Source: Mustelus asterias (Eukaryota). Taken from it: a stretch of 64,000 nucleotides of DNA. Both the position numbers and the translations under genes were made by a program. Positions 35,978-48,136 of this stretch are shown piece after piece. The notes beneath the pieces are model-generated. The model saw nothing but the letters and a program-made list of their open reading frames with translations, was not told the DNA's origin and searched no databases. Location: contig NW_027590177.1 of the NCBI RefSeq assembly GCF_964213995.1, positions 434,001-498,000 on the forward strand, given 5' to 3'. Every line of letters starts with the position of its first letter. Within the stretch, counting starts at the first letter, position 1.

Positions 35978-36765
35978 TAAAGTTTATTTATCAGTCACAA
36001 GTAAGACTTACATTAACACTGCAATGAAGTTACTGTGAAATTCCCCTAGTCGTCACACTCCAGCACCTGTTTGGGTCGATGCACCTAACCAGCACATCTT
36101 TCCGACTGTGGGAGGAAACCATAGTACCCGAAGGAAACCCACGCACACACAGGGAGAATGTACAAACTCCACACAGTGACCCAAGCCGGGAATCGAATCC
36201 TGGCGCTGTGAGGCAGCAGTGCTAACCACTGTGCCGCCGTGCCACTTGTGTGAAGTGCACTGGGATGATTTATGATATTATAAATAGAAGTTGGTGTTGG
36301 CTATAATTCTGACCTCCTGTTTTACAACAACCCACTGATTTCACAACAAACTCTATCTCTGATGTTTTGTTTGCTGAGGATTATCCATTTGGTTTTGCCC
36401 TTAATAAAGATGGCCGATGTTAACGTCTGAGGATTTTGCCTCACAAATTGAGGGATTAAAGTTTAATTATTAGTGTCACGAGTAGGTTTACATTAACACT
36501 GCAATGAAGTTACTGTGAAATTCCCCCAGTCACCACACTCCGGCACCTTTTCGGGTTACACTGAGGGAGAATTTAGCACGGCCAATGCACCCTAACTAAC
36601 CAGCACATCTTTCAGACTGTGGGAGGAAACCGGAGCACCCGGACGAAACCCGCACAGACACGGGGAGAATGTGCAGACTCCACACAGACAGTGACCCAGG
36701 CTGGGAATTGAACCCGGGTCCCTGGCGCTGTGAAGCAGCAGTGTTAACCACTGTGTCACCCATGC
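35978..36765 (-). mobile_element. Two V-SINE copies (35978-36244, 36459-36765)
   Basis: Reverse complements of the 33254 element. Confidence 0.8.
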
Positions 36766-36799
36766 CCGAGATCCGGCACCTGACCGACACCGGGTGTTT

Positions 36800-37760
36800 A
36801 TGAAGCCTCACCGCCCGGATCCATTTATGTTTCCGGTTTTCTATCGGGCTCTGGATCCGCGCCATTTAAAATTCCCATTGAAAACCCGCCGGCTCGAGCT
36901 CCTTCCCGCCTGCGGATCCACAAAGTGTTTCCAAATCCTCCCAGCCACCGCCTAACGCTGACTCCGCTTCTCCGGAACAAACAAGCGCCAAGGACAGCAA
37001 TGACACTGCGCATGCTCCACATCACAATGACGGCAGCTCCGGACCAATAGGAAGAGGGGGCGGCGCTGGAGGACCGAGCCGAGCGGCTGGTCCTCCAACC
37101 AATTGGAGTGAATGAGGGGCGGGATTGGAGGACCGAGCGTGAGCGGCTCGTCCTCCAACCAATCAGAATAAATGAGGGGCGGAGCTGGAGGACTGAGCCG
37201 GAGCGGCTGATCCTCCAACCAATCGGAGTAAATGACAGGCGGGTCCAGGCTGGGAGTGGAGCATGCGCAAAGATGATCAGGCGTTGGGGAGCCTGGGAAC
37301 GCACTGCGCAGGTGTGGTGTGCACAGGAAGAAGTCACAACACCAGGTGAAAGTCCAACAGGTTTATTTGGAATCAGGAGCTTTCGGAGCTCCGCCCCTTC
37401 ATCAGGTGACTCACCCAGTCCAACACCGGCACCTCCACATCAGGTGGTGTGGGTGTGCGCTCTGAGCATGCTCAGTGTCAGTCATGGTGTTGGGCAGGGT
37501 TCGGGAGGAGATTGTGAGCACAGGGTGGGAATGGAAACCACGGCTGCACTGGAAACAGCACCAACTTCTGGCCTAGGCCGCAGGCCCCGGCTTTACCACA
37601 GGGACAGCGCTGAAACCGGTGGCTGGACATTGAGGAGGATTTGGAAACACTTTGTGGATCCACAAACCCTTCAGAATCATTGTCAGCTCCCTGGTTTGCA
37701 GCTGCGGGGCTTCTCCCTCCCTCCCTCCCGGGAACAGGCCCAGGTTAACGGCCCCATCCT
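36800..37760. promoter_or_regulatory. Bidirectional CpG-island promoter between genes E(-) and F(+)
   Basis: Three tandem ~60-bp units (37055-37245), each with a GC box, TGGAGGAC..GTCCTCCA palindrome and CCAAT; NRF1-like GCGCATGC; 28-bp inverted repeat 36914-36941 / 37634-37661; candidate donor G|GTGAGG at ~36811(-). Confidence 0.75.
37374..37408 (-). ncRNA. Minimal type I hammerhead ribozyme motif within a Penelope-derived fragment (37327-37445)
   Basis: CAC-CTGATGA-A-GGGGC-GGA-GCTCC-GAAA-GC-TC-CTG: catalytic core CUGANGA/GAAA/UH and stem II intact; stem I has a mismatch. Confidence 0.55.
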
Positions 37761-38089
37761 GGCTCAGCCACTGGAGGATGGTTCACATCAGAGGATGGGG
37801 GAGGGGGACAATAAATAAGAGGTTACACTTTGGCCTCAAATCAATGAGGACTCTGATCTCTGGGAAGGAAGGAAACCCTGGGAGGTGGGCGGGGAGGATT
37901 CACAAACACCAGCTGGAGGCCCCAACACCCCCAATAAGACCCATTGGTTTTATTGTCAGTCTGCAGACAGCAGCTGGAGAACTGAACCCAGACAGAGGAG
38001 AGGGAGGGAGAAAACTGGGAGTGGAGAAAAGAAAATTGTCTGTTCAGCGTTTCTATTGTGGATTGACAGCTGCTTTATAGATGCAAGAT

Positions 38090-38408
38090 GGGGCAGCACG
38101 GTGGCACAGTGATTAACACTGCTGCCTTACAGCGCCAGGGACCTGGGTTCAATTCTGCCCTTGGGTGACTGCCTGTGTGGAGTTTGCACATTCTCCCCGT
38201 GCCTGCGTGGGTTTCCTCTGGGTGCTCCGGTTTCCTCCCACAGTCCAAAGATGTGCAGGTTAGGTGGATTGGCCATGCTCAATTGCCCCTTCGTGTCAGA
38301 GAGATTAACAAGGTAAATATTACGGGAATGGGTGGGATAGTTGTCGGTGCAGACTCGATGGGTTGAATGGCCTCCTCCTGTACCTTGAGGATTCTCCGAT
38401 TCTATGAT
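38090..38408 (+). mobile_element. HE1-type SINE
   Basis: Head/core/tail as in other copies. Confidence 0.85.
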
Positions 38409-39330
38409 GGATGTTTGAAAACTGCTTTTACACACGGTTACATGTTGACGATTTACACACAGAAAACTCAACCCCAAGAGAAATGTTTGTCTCTCTGTGA
38501 TTTCTATTCTGCATTGACTGTGATGATTTTTGTAAACAGAGATTACAACTTTCAGGAAAGGTTAAATGGACTGAAGTTTTTTCCTATCGAGCAGTGACCT
38601 GATAAAAGTCTTTCAAATTATTAGTGGCTTGGACAGGGGAAATGTGGAGAGAATGTTCCACTTGTGACAGAGTCTAAAAGAAGGAATGATCAATAAACGA
38701 AGAGTCATAAATACAAGATAGTTACCAATAAATCCAAGAAGCAATAAGGACAAATTTCTTCACTCACAGGTTTAGAATTACCATAGAAATGAGTTGAGGA
38801 AAGTGCTGAGATTGTTTCAAAAGGAAATGGGAGAAACACACAAGAGAAAAAGAAATGGAAAAATCAACTGAAAGGCTGAGATGAGGTCTATGGGACAGGA
38901 GAAGATGTGTCAAGTATAAAGAATTAAACTGAATGGCTTGTTTGTGTCTTGTGTATTCAAAGTAATTCAATGTAAACTCCTTTTCCAGAATATCTGCAGA
39001 CGGGCGATTTAAACCAAACGTCTCGGGATCTGACAGTGTCACATGATTCTTCAGGATCTGAATATCAAAGGCCCATGAATGTGGAAGGAGAAACGTTTGC
39101 CTATTTTGTCTTTGGGAAATTATTCAACATCAGTGTGACTGGAAAAGCCCCGAGACACAGACATCTCAGTTACTTTTCCACAGTCAGCTGGAACAGAGCT
39201 TTAACCAGTCACACAGCGTGAAAAGAAATAGCACATTTTCATCAGGTAGACACCGCACTCGTGTTCTTTGTGTGGACCTGGTTTCAACTGATTAAATAAC
39301 CTGGAGAGACATGAGGACACCGGCACCATG

Positions 39331-39455
39331 TGAACAAGGAGCAGCAATAGGCCATTCGGCCCCACGGGCCAGTTCCGCCATTTAATAACATCATGGCTGA
39401 TCTGATAGTGAGCTCAAATCTGCATCCCGCCTACACCCGATAGCCTGTCAATAAT
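39331..39455 (-). mobile_element. CR1 3'-end fragment inserted at the start codon of gene F
   Basis: GGAGCAG..TAGGCCATTCGGCCC..CCGCCATTTAATAACATCATGGCTGATCT is antisense CR1 3' UTR; CATG at both flanks (39327-39330, 39456-39459). Confidence 0.8.
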
Positions 39456-39456
39456 C

Positions 39457-40605
39457 ATGGAGAAACCGTGGAAATGTGCGGACTGTGGGACGGGATTCAA
39501 TTACCCGTCTGAATTGGAAACCCATCGACGTATTCACACTGGGGAGAGACCATTCACCTGCTGTGTGTGTGGGAAGGGATTCACTCAGTCATCCAGCCTG
39601 TACACACACCAGCATGTCCATACTGGTGAGAGGCCATTCACCTGTCTTCAATGTGGGAAGGGATTTAATGCTTTATCAAACCTCCGGACTCACCACCAGG
39701 TTCACTCTGATCAGAGACCGTTTAAATGTTGTGAGTGTGAGAAGAGCTTTAAAAGCAGAAAGGATTTGTTGATTCACCAACGCACTCACACTGGGGAGAG
39801 GCCATTCATCTGCAACATGTGTGGTAAGGGATTCACCCAGTCATCCCACCTCCTGACACACCAAAGTGTTCACACTGATCAGAGACCATTTAAATGTTCT
39901 GATTGTGAGAAGAACTTTAAAAGTAAAAAGGATTTACTGATTCACCAGCGCACTCACACTGGGGAGAGGCCGTTCATCTGCTCCGTGTGTGGGAAGGGAT
40001 TCACTTGTTCATCCCAGCTCCTGAAACATCGATTTGTTCACACAGATCAGAGACCTATCAATTGTCCTGAATGTGATAAAACATTTAAAAGCAAAAAGGA
40101 TCTTCTGAAACACCAGCACACTCACACTGGGGAGAGGCCATTCACCTGCTCTCTCTGTGAGAAGGGATTCACTCGGTTAGCTCACCTTCTGAGACACCAT
40201 CGAGTTCACACTGGGGAGAGGCCGTTCACCTGCCCTGTGTGTTGTCAGGAATTCATTGATACATCTGATCTTCTGATACACCGGCGAGTTCACACTGGGG
40301 AGAGACCGTACACTTGCCTCCTGTGCGGCAAGAGATTCACTCAGTCATCCCACCTGACTACACACCAACTTGTTCACACTGATCAGAGACCTTTTGAATG
40401 TTCTGATTGTGAGAAGAGATTTAAAAGTAAACAGAATCTGCTGAAACACCGGCGAGTTCACACTGGGGAAAGGCCGTTCAACTGCTCCATGTGTGGGAAG
40501 GGATTCGCTCAGTCAAACAACCTGCTGAAACACCAGCAAGTTCACAGGCGACAGCAGGGGTTGGATTCTGCTGTTATTGCTGCTGTTAATCACACCCAGG
40601 ACTGA
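39457..40605 (+). CDS. C2H2 zinc-finger protein gene F (382 aa, 13 fingers, C-terminal extension)
   Basis: ORF track; acceptor CTTTTCCAG|AATAT at 38988/38989. Confidence 0.92.
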   Translation: MEKPWKCADCGTGFNYPSELETHRRIHTGERPFTCCVCGKGFTQSSSLYTHQHVHTGERPFTCLQCGKGFNALSNLRTHHQVHSDQRPFKCCECEKSFKSRKDLLIHQRTHTGERPFICNMCGKGFTQSSHLLTHQSVHTDQRPFKCSDCEKNFKSKKDLLIHQRTHTGERPFICSVCGKGFTCSSQLLKHRFVHTDQRPINCPECDKTFKSKKDLLKHQHTHTGERPFTCSLCEKGFTRLAHLLRHHRVHTGERPFTCPVCCQEFIDTSDLLIHRRVHTGERPYTCLLCGKRFTQSSHLTTHQLVHTDQRPFECSDCEKRFKSKQNLLKHRRVHTGERPFNCSMCGKGFAQSNNLLKHQQVHRRQQGLDSAVIAAVNHTQD

Positions 40606-40611
40606 ATAGTG

Positions 40612-42134
40612 TCTGGTTGCCAGTGAGGTTCCACAGTTTTGTGGTATATATCAATGACTTAGACTTAAATGTAAGGCTCATGATTCAGTTTGCAGATGAA
40701 ACAACAATTGTATTTATGTTTAACAATCCAGAAGAAAGCCGTGGACTGCAGGAAGATATCAGTGGGTTGGTCAGATGGGCAGAAAAATGGCACATGGAAT
40801 TCGATCTGGAGCAGTGAGAGAGAATGAATTTGGGACATTAGACAAGACAAGGGAATGAACAGTAAAGGGATGATGCTGAGAATTATAGAGGATCAGAGAG
40901 AACCTGGAGTCAACATCCAGGCATCTGTGAAGGAGGCTGGACAGGTAGATCATAAGACCATCAGATGTAGGAGCAGAATTAGGCCATTCAGCCCATTGAG
41001 TCTGCTCTGCCATTCAATCAAGGCTGATCAGTGTCTCAATCAGGTGGTCAAGAAGACATTTGGCCCAAGCCTAGTGTATAAGAGGAGGGAGATTATGCTC
41101 AAACTGAAGCAGAGAGTGGGAATAAATGGATCCTTTTCAGAGTGGGAAGCAGTGACTAGTGGGTGCGGCAGGTTCAGTGCTGCAACCCCAGCTGTTCATA
41201 ATATACATTAATGATTTGGATGAAGGAATTGAATGCAATATCTCCAATTTTCAGCCGACACTAAGCTGGGTGGCAGTGTGTGCTGTGAGGAGGATCCTGA
41301 GAGGTTACAGGGGGGCTTGGACAGGCTGAGTGGGCAGATACTTGGCAAATGCAATATAATGTGGATAAATGTGAGGTTATCAACTTTGGTGGCAAAAACA
41401 GGAAGAAAGATTATTATCTGAATGGTGGCAGTTTAGGAAAAGGGGAAGTGCATCGTGACCTGGGTGTCATGGTGGGACAGTTGCTGAAGGTTGGCATGCA
41501 GGTACAGCAGGCGGTGAGGAAAGCTAATGGCATGCTGGCCTTCATAGCAAGAGGATTTGAGTACAGGAGTAAAGATGTCTTGCTGCAGTTGTACAGGGCC
41601 TTGGTGAAGCCACACCTTGAGTATTGTGTGCATTTCTGGTCTCCTAGTCTGAGGAAGGACATTCTTGCTATTGAGGGAGTCCAGCTAAGGTTCACCAGAC
41701 TGATTCCTGGAATGGCAGGACTGACATATGAAGCGAGACTGGATCGACTGGGCTTTTACTCACTGGAATTTAGAATGAGAGGGGATCTCATAGAAACATT
41801 TAAAATCCTGATGGGACTGGACAGGCTCGATGCAGTCCCAACATGTTCCCAATGTTGGGGAAGTCCAGAACTAGGGGTTACAATCTTAGACTGAGATGAG
41901 GAAGAGCTTCTTGTTGTGAACCTGTGGAATTCTCTACCACAGAAAGGTGTTGGGGCCAGTTTGTTAAATATGTTCAAGAGGGAGCTGGATGTGACTCTTG
42001 TGACTAAAGGGACCACAAGGGGTATGGAGAGAAAGCGGGACTGTGATACTGTAAGTCCATGATCTACCATGATCATATTGAATGGTGGTGAAGGCTCGAA
42101 GGGCCGAATAGCCGACTCCACCTATTTTCTATGT
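40612..42134 (+). mobile_element. Decayed CR1 fragments (40612-41100 and 41105-42134)
   Basis: YINDLD/FAD motifs and ORF 41349-41894 (KCEV..FG..LYRALVKPHLEYC). Confidence 0.8.
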
Positions 42135-43156
42135 TTATAAAATGCTTCATAAAACATTCTGTAGAAGGATCATTTAGATCCAAAAGATTAACTCTGTTTC
42201 TCCCCACAGATGCTGCCAGACCTGCTGAGGTTATCCAGCATATTCTGTTTATATTTATAAAATGCTCGTTGGAGCAAGCTGGAGTACTGAGCACAGTTCT
42301 GGTCACCAGATTAATCAGTTATAAAAGTATATGTCTAGTAAAGCTGTGTGGCAGAAAGCTGAAGCCAGTTGATGAATTTTTAATATAATTCCAATCTGTT
42401 CAATTTTCAAATCTAGTGAATAAAGGATTGAAGAATTGGGAGGGTTTGTGGAGGAATCATTTCACCCGGAGAGTGATGGGGATCTGGAACTCACTGCCTG
42501 AAAGGACGGGAGAGGCAGAAACCCTCATCACATTAAACAGGAACTCAGATACACAGCTGAGATTCTGTAACACACAGAGGGACAGATCAAGAGCTGGAAA
42601 GTAGGGTGAAACTGGACAGTACTTTGCCAGCCAGCACAGACCTGATGGGCTGAATGGCCTCCTGCTGTTCAGTGAATTTTCTATATTTCAGTTCTGACAG
42701 TTGGAGTTTGTTTCTGCTGATGTTAATAACTCCTCGAACTGGGCTGCAGTGTAATATTCTGGATAAATCAGATTTGATTAAAACATCAGAGTAGATTTTG
42801 TCTTACCCACCTGTGTTATCTGATTGTACTCTGACTTTCTGATCAGTAACACAACTAACCTCAGCCGCCCCAATCTGTGAGTGACTCAAATTCCCCAACA
42901 ACACTGTGGGTGTCCCTCAAACCACAGGGACTGCAGCGGTTCAGGAAGGGCAGCTCACCACCACCTCAAGGGCAATTAGGAACAGGCAATAAAAATACTG
43001 GTCTGGCCAGCGACACCCACACCCCATGAAAAGAAAATGTCTGTTTAAACAAGACTTAATTAAGGCAGGACAGGATTCTGTGGATAATAAATTTTATAAC
43101 ATTAAATTAACATTATTATTAAAGGAAAGAGGTTTGCATAACAATTCAGGAAAACT

Positions 43157-43381
43157 TCCAAGATGGCGCAAGAGCAAGGTGACTTCTTGCAAGCTGTGCC
43201 CAGCATACCCTCTAATTCTATCTTTTACTCTCGTTCTGTGCTTCTAAAACTTTATTCTGACTCTTATAACACTACATTCTGCATCCTCTCCTTCTTTATG
43301 AACAGTATGTTTTGTCTGTATAGCGCGCAAGAAACAATACTTTTCACTGTATCCTAATACATGTGACAATAATAAATCAAA
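43157..43381 (+). mobile_element. Short non-autonomous/internally deleted LINE-like element (Rex1/Babar-like ends)
   Basis: Starts TCCAAGATGGCG, ends CTTTTCACTGTATCC..CATGTGACAATAATAAATCAAA; the same tail occurs at 27750-27823. Confidence 0.4.
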
Positions 43382-44440
43382 TTAGACAATGATTTTTACA
43401 ACTTTATCGAGGTGTTGATCCATCACAGCGTTCCCCTCTCAAGACTCTGTCTCAGATACAGTCCCACTTGCTGAGGTGGACATGTGATTCTTGCCTCGAG
43501 TGAGTGTCTTCAGTAATCAGCCAGCAACAAATCATTATGGAGCCTTGACTTTTCACCCCTGAGTGGCCAGCACCCTGTGTCAGAGTCAAGCTTTTCCTCA
43601 GTTAATAATTGACTCAGGGCTGCTACTTGAGTTAATCTAATTAGTTCTTGGTAACAGTGGCCACCCGGCCTCAGTATAGCAGACAAGAACACAAGAGAGC
43701 TAAAATCTGTTGAGTTTAACCAATTCTCCACCCACCGGGTCAAACTAAAGGATTGTGATGTGCCATTCCCTGGGACCTTTATCAGGGGTCCTTTATTGTT
43801 AGAACAGATGTCTGCACAAACGCAGAGACATACAATAACTGAAGCTAACGAGTTTTGAATGAAAAACCAGTCTTTCCAATATGATTATTGATTCATTATT
43901 TATACCATAATCAAGGCTCATTACCTGTACAGGCATCTGTTTCATGACTGGTTACTCCCTTCACACAGTGATCTGATCAATACATGTGGTTAATACAGAA
44001 AACAAAATGGCCCCTTTGGATATGTTAGTATCAAAATGACTTCCTTGACCTTGTTAGTTATTATTAGATACAATATAAAACTGGTGCAATTAAATTAAAG
44101 TCCAACCACCCAGACCTTACAGTTAGAAACATGATTTAATGCACCATAAATGAGAAAGGATTAATTGTAAAATTGAAACTGAGGTGTGGTCTAGTGCAGT
44201 TTTAAAAGAAATGATTCAGGCTAATATAAGCTGATGCAATCGAATGTAACAGTAACTAAGAATGATCCCTGTGAATTATAAGCAGAGACATGGTCTTCAG
44301 TGGTAATAAAACCAGGGCCTCCTATGATTTAAACATAGAGATGTTTTGTCTAATTATTAATAAGGAAGGGTTAAGTGTCGAATAGAACAATTGTCTAGTG
44401 TAAAATAAACTGAGACACAACCTGGTTTAACATAAATATA

Positions 44441-44713
44441 GGGCGGCACGGTGGCACAGTGGTTAGCACTGCTGCCTCACAGTGCCAGGGACCCAGCCTT
44501 GGGTTACTGTCTGCATGGAGTTTGCACATTCTCCCTGTGTCTGCGTGGGTTTCCACCCACAGTCCAAAGGATGTACAGGTTAGGTGGATTGGCCATGCTA
44601 AATTCTCCCTCAGTGTCAAGGGGACTAGCTGGGTAAATATGTGGGGTTGCGGGGCTATGGCCTGGGTGGGATAATTGATAGTGCAGGCTCCTTCTGCACT
44701 GTAGGGATTCTAT
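44441..44713 (+). mobile_element. HE1-type SINE
   Basis: Head/core/tail as in other copies. Confidence 0.82.
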
Positions 44714-44925
44714 GCTTTGAAATATGAACATGGTCTAGAAACAGTGTTTAACAAAGGCAGGGCGTGCAGTTATTTAAGTTAGGACATGGCTGGCACAGTA
44801 ACTGAGTAAGAAGTCTCACAACACCAGGTTAAAGTCCAACAGGTTTATTTGTTAGCACAAGCCACAAGCTTTCAAAGTGCTGCTCTTTCATCAAGTGAGT
44901 GGGAGTTGTGTTCACAAACAGGGCA

Positions 44926-46737
44926 TATACATAAAGGGCAAAAGAGTAACAAGGGAGAGAGTAGAGCCTCTTAAGGATCAACAAGGTCATCTATGTGCGG
45001 ATCCACAAGAGATGGGTGAGATCCTAAATGAATATTTCTCATCAGTATTTACTGTTAAAAAAAGCATGGATGTTAGGGAACTTGGGGAAATAAATAGTGA
45101 TGTCTTGAGGAGTGTACATATTACAGAGAAGGAGGTGCTGGAAGTCTTAAAGCGCATCAAGGTAGATAAATTCCCGGGACCTGATGAAGTGTATCCCAGG
45201 ATATTGTGGGAGGCTCGGGAGGAAATTGCGGGTCCCCCAGCCGAGATATTTGAATCATCGATAGTCACGGGTGAGGTGCCTGAAGATTGGCAAATGTTGT
45301 GCCTTTGTTTAAAAAGGGCTGCAGGGAAAAGCCTGGGAACTACAGGCCAGTGAGCCTCACATCTGTGGTAGGTAAATTGTTGGAAGGTATTTTGAGAGAC
45401 AGGATCTACAGGCATTTAGAGATGCAAGGACTGATTAGGGACAGTCAGCATGGCTTTGTGAGTGGAAAATCATGACTCACAAATTTGATTGAGTTTTTTG
45501 AAGGGGTAACCAAGAAGGTAGATGAGGGCAGTGCAATTGATGTTGTCTATATGGACTTTAGCAAGGCCTTTGACAAGGCCTACCGCATGGTAGGTTGTTT
45601 CATAAAGTTAAATCTCACGGGATCCAGGGTGAGGTATCTAAATGGATACAAAATTGACTTCTTGACAGAAGCCAGAGGGTGGTTGTAGAGAGTTCTTTTT
45701 CAAACTGGAGGCCTGTGACCAACGGTGTGCCTCAGGGATCAGTGCTGGGTCCACTGTTATTTGTCATTTATCTTAATGATTTGGATGAGAATATCGGAGG
45801 CATGGTTAGTAAGTTTGCAGATGACACTAAGATTGGTGGCATCGTGGACAGTGAAGAAAGTTATCTCCAATTGCAACAGGATCTTGATCAATTGGGCCAG
45901 TGGGCTGACGAATGGCAGATGGAGGTTAATTTTGATAAATGCGAGGTGATGCATTTTGGTAGATTGAACCAGGGCAGGACTTACTCAGTTAATGGTAGGG
46001 CTTTGGGGAGAATTACAGAACAAAGAGATCTCGGGGTACATGTTCATAGCTCCTTGAAAGTGGAGTTACAGGTGGACAGAGTGGTGAAGAAGGCACTCGG
46101 CATGCTTGGTTTCATTGGTCAGAACATTGAATACAGGAGTTGGAATGTCTTGTTGGAGTTGTCCAAGACATTGGTCAGGCCACACTTGGAATACTGTGTG
46201 CAATTCTGGTCACCCTATTATAGAAAGGATATTATTAAACTAGAAAGAGTGCAGAAAAGATTTACTAGGATGTTACCGGGACTTGATGGATTGAATTATA
46301 AGGAGAGGCTGGATAGACTGGGACTTTTTTCTCTGGAGCGTAGGAGGCTGAGGGGTGATCTTATCGAGATCTCTAACATAATGAGGGGCACAGATCAGCT
46401 AGATCGTCAATATCTTTTCCCAAAGGTAGGGGAGTCTAAAACTAGAGGGCATAGGTTGAAGGTGAGAGGGGAGAGATACAAAAGTGTCCAGAGGAGCAAT
46501 TTTTTCACACAGAGGGTGGTGAGTGTCTGGAACAAGCTGCCAGAGGTAGTAGTAGAAGTGGGTACAATGTTGTCTTTTAAAAAGCATTTAGATAGTTACA
46601 TGGGTACGATGGGTATAGAGGGATATGGGCCAAATGCGGGCAATTAGGATTAGTTAGGGGTTTTTAAAAAAAAGGGCGGCATGGACAAGTTGGGCCGAAC
46701 GGCCTGTTTCCATGCTGTAAACCTCTCTGACTCTATG
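44926..46737 (+). mobile_element. CR1 LINE family W, 5'-truncated, frameshifted
   Basis: ORFs 44877-45353, 45287-45475, 45485-45688, 45679-46647 cover the RT; CTCTATG tail. Confidence 0.92.
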
Positions 46738-47150
46738 AACCTTAAATGAACAGACAGGGTCTGGAGTAGTATGAAAAGGCTCAGATGCAATAATAATAAG
46801 ATAGTAATAACCGAGACAGGGCACATATTAAAATAACCAGAGATGGGAATCAGGATTGTATGGCCCTTCCTGGTCAGTGGTACATTATTGTCCCATTGAA
46901 CTAAATGGAGATTTAAATGGTTCACCGCCTTCACTGGAGGGAGACAAGCTGTGGTGGGGCCATAAATTTCTGGCCAGAGTTTACCTAAAGTAAACAGAGT
47001 CATGATCTTGTGTAAAATGAACAGAGAAATATCTACTTCATATAAATGTACAAAGTTGCAAGTGTATTATCAGCAGAGACCTGGTCTAGTGCTGCAATCT
47101 CTGAGATACGGTCTTGTATAATATAAATGGAGTCTTAGTCTGGTACAGAG

Positions 47151-47355
47151 CAACAATACAGAGCACAGTACAGCAATACAGAGTACAGTGCAACAATACA
47201 GAGCACAGTGCAACAATACAGAGCACAGTGCAACAATACAGAGCACAGTGCAACAATATAGAGCACAGTACAGCAACACAGAGTACAGTGTAACCATACA
47301 GAGCACAGTACAGCAATACAGAGTACAGTGCAACAATATGGAGTACAGTACAACA
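47151..47355. repeat. Minisatellite, ~10 copies of 20 bp (CAACAATACAGAGCACAGTG)
   Basis: Direct tandem periodicity. Confidence 0.92.
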
Positions 47356-48136
47356 GAGAACTAGCCTCGTTTTTCAGGAACCAAGACACTGTCTAATGCA
47401 ACAAGAAGTTAGAGGTTTTGTAATGTAAACAGAGAGATTTAAAGGGAGCTTTAATGGTGATGTATAAAATTGTGAAGGGTTTTGATGGTGTTCATTGTTA
47501 GATGCTCTTTTTAACTGGCGGACATGATTGCCTTGGTAACAATATGACCAAAGTGGAATAAAAAAAAAGGTATCAAATAATCTGCAATTACATTTTAAAG
47601 TAAATAAGAAATGCTGTAAAATAATTCTTAAAATAATTATATTTCTGGAATTCATTTGCAAACAATAATGGGGTCTGCACACAAGTACAGACATGATATA
47701 AGTTAAACTAGAAGAGTACCAGGAGATGAGAGTCTGCAGTTCAGTGGAAGCGTGAGAGAATTGTGGAATTATACAACACAAAATGAGACCATTCAATCCA
47801 TCGTACCTGTGTTGTCTCTTTGAAATAGTTATCAAATTAATCCCGCTAGTCGAATCTTTCCCCACAGCCCTGCAATTTTCCACTTTAAGTATATATCCAA
47901 TTGTTTTTCAAAAGTAATTATTGAATCTGATTCCATAACCCAGTCAGTCAGTGCACACCAGTTCACATCTTATTGTGTCCCATAGCCGTCTCCTCATCTT
48001 GTTTCTTTACAGATTATTTTAAATCAGTTCATCCTCTGGTTACCAACCCTCTTGTTGGTGCAAATAGTTCCTCCCCATCTATCCTATCAAAACCCTTCAT
48101 GACTTGAACACCTCAATTCAATCTTGCCTTAATCTG

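Noticed and set aside
37108-37818. 236-aa ORF (and 36825-37337 antisense)
   Set aside because: GC-rich promoter with 60-bp tandem repeats and a Penelope fragment; no protein family resemblance.
47070-47389. Cys-rich ORFs, or a CRISPR-like array
   Set aside because: Translations of a 20-bp minisatellite with no unique spacers; eukaryotic context.
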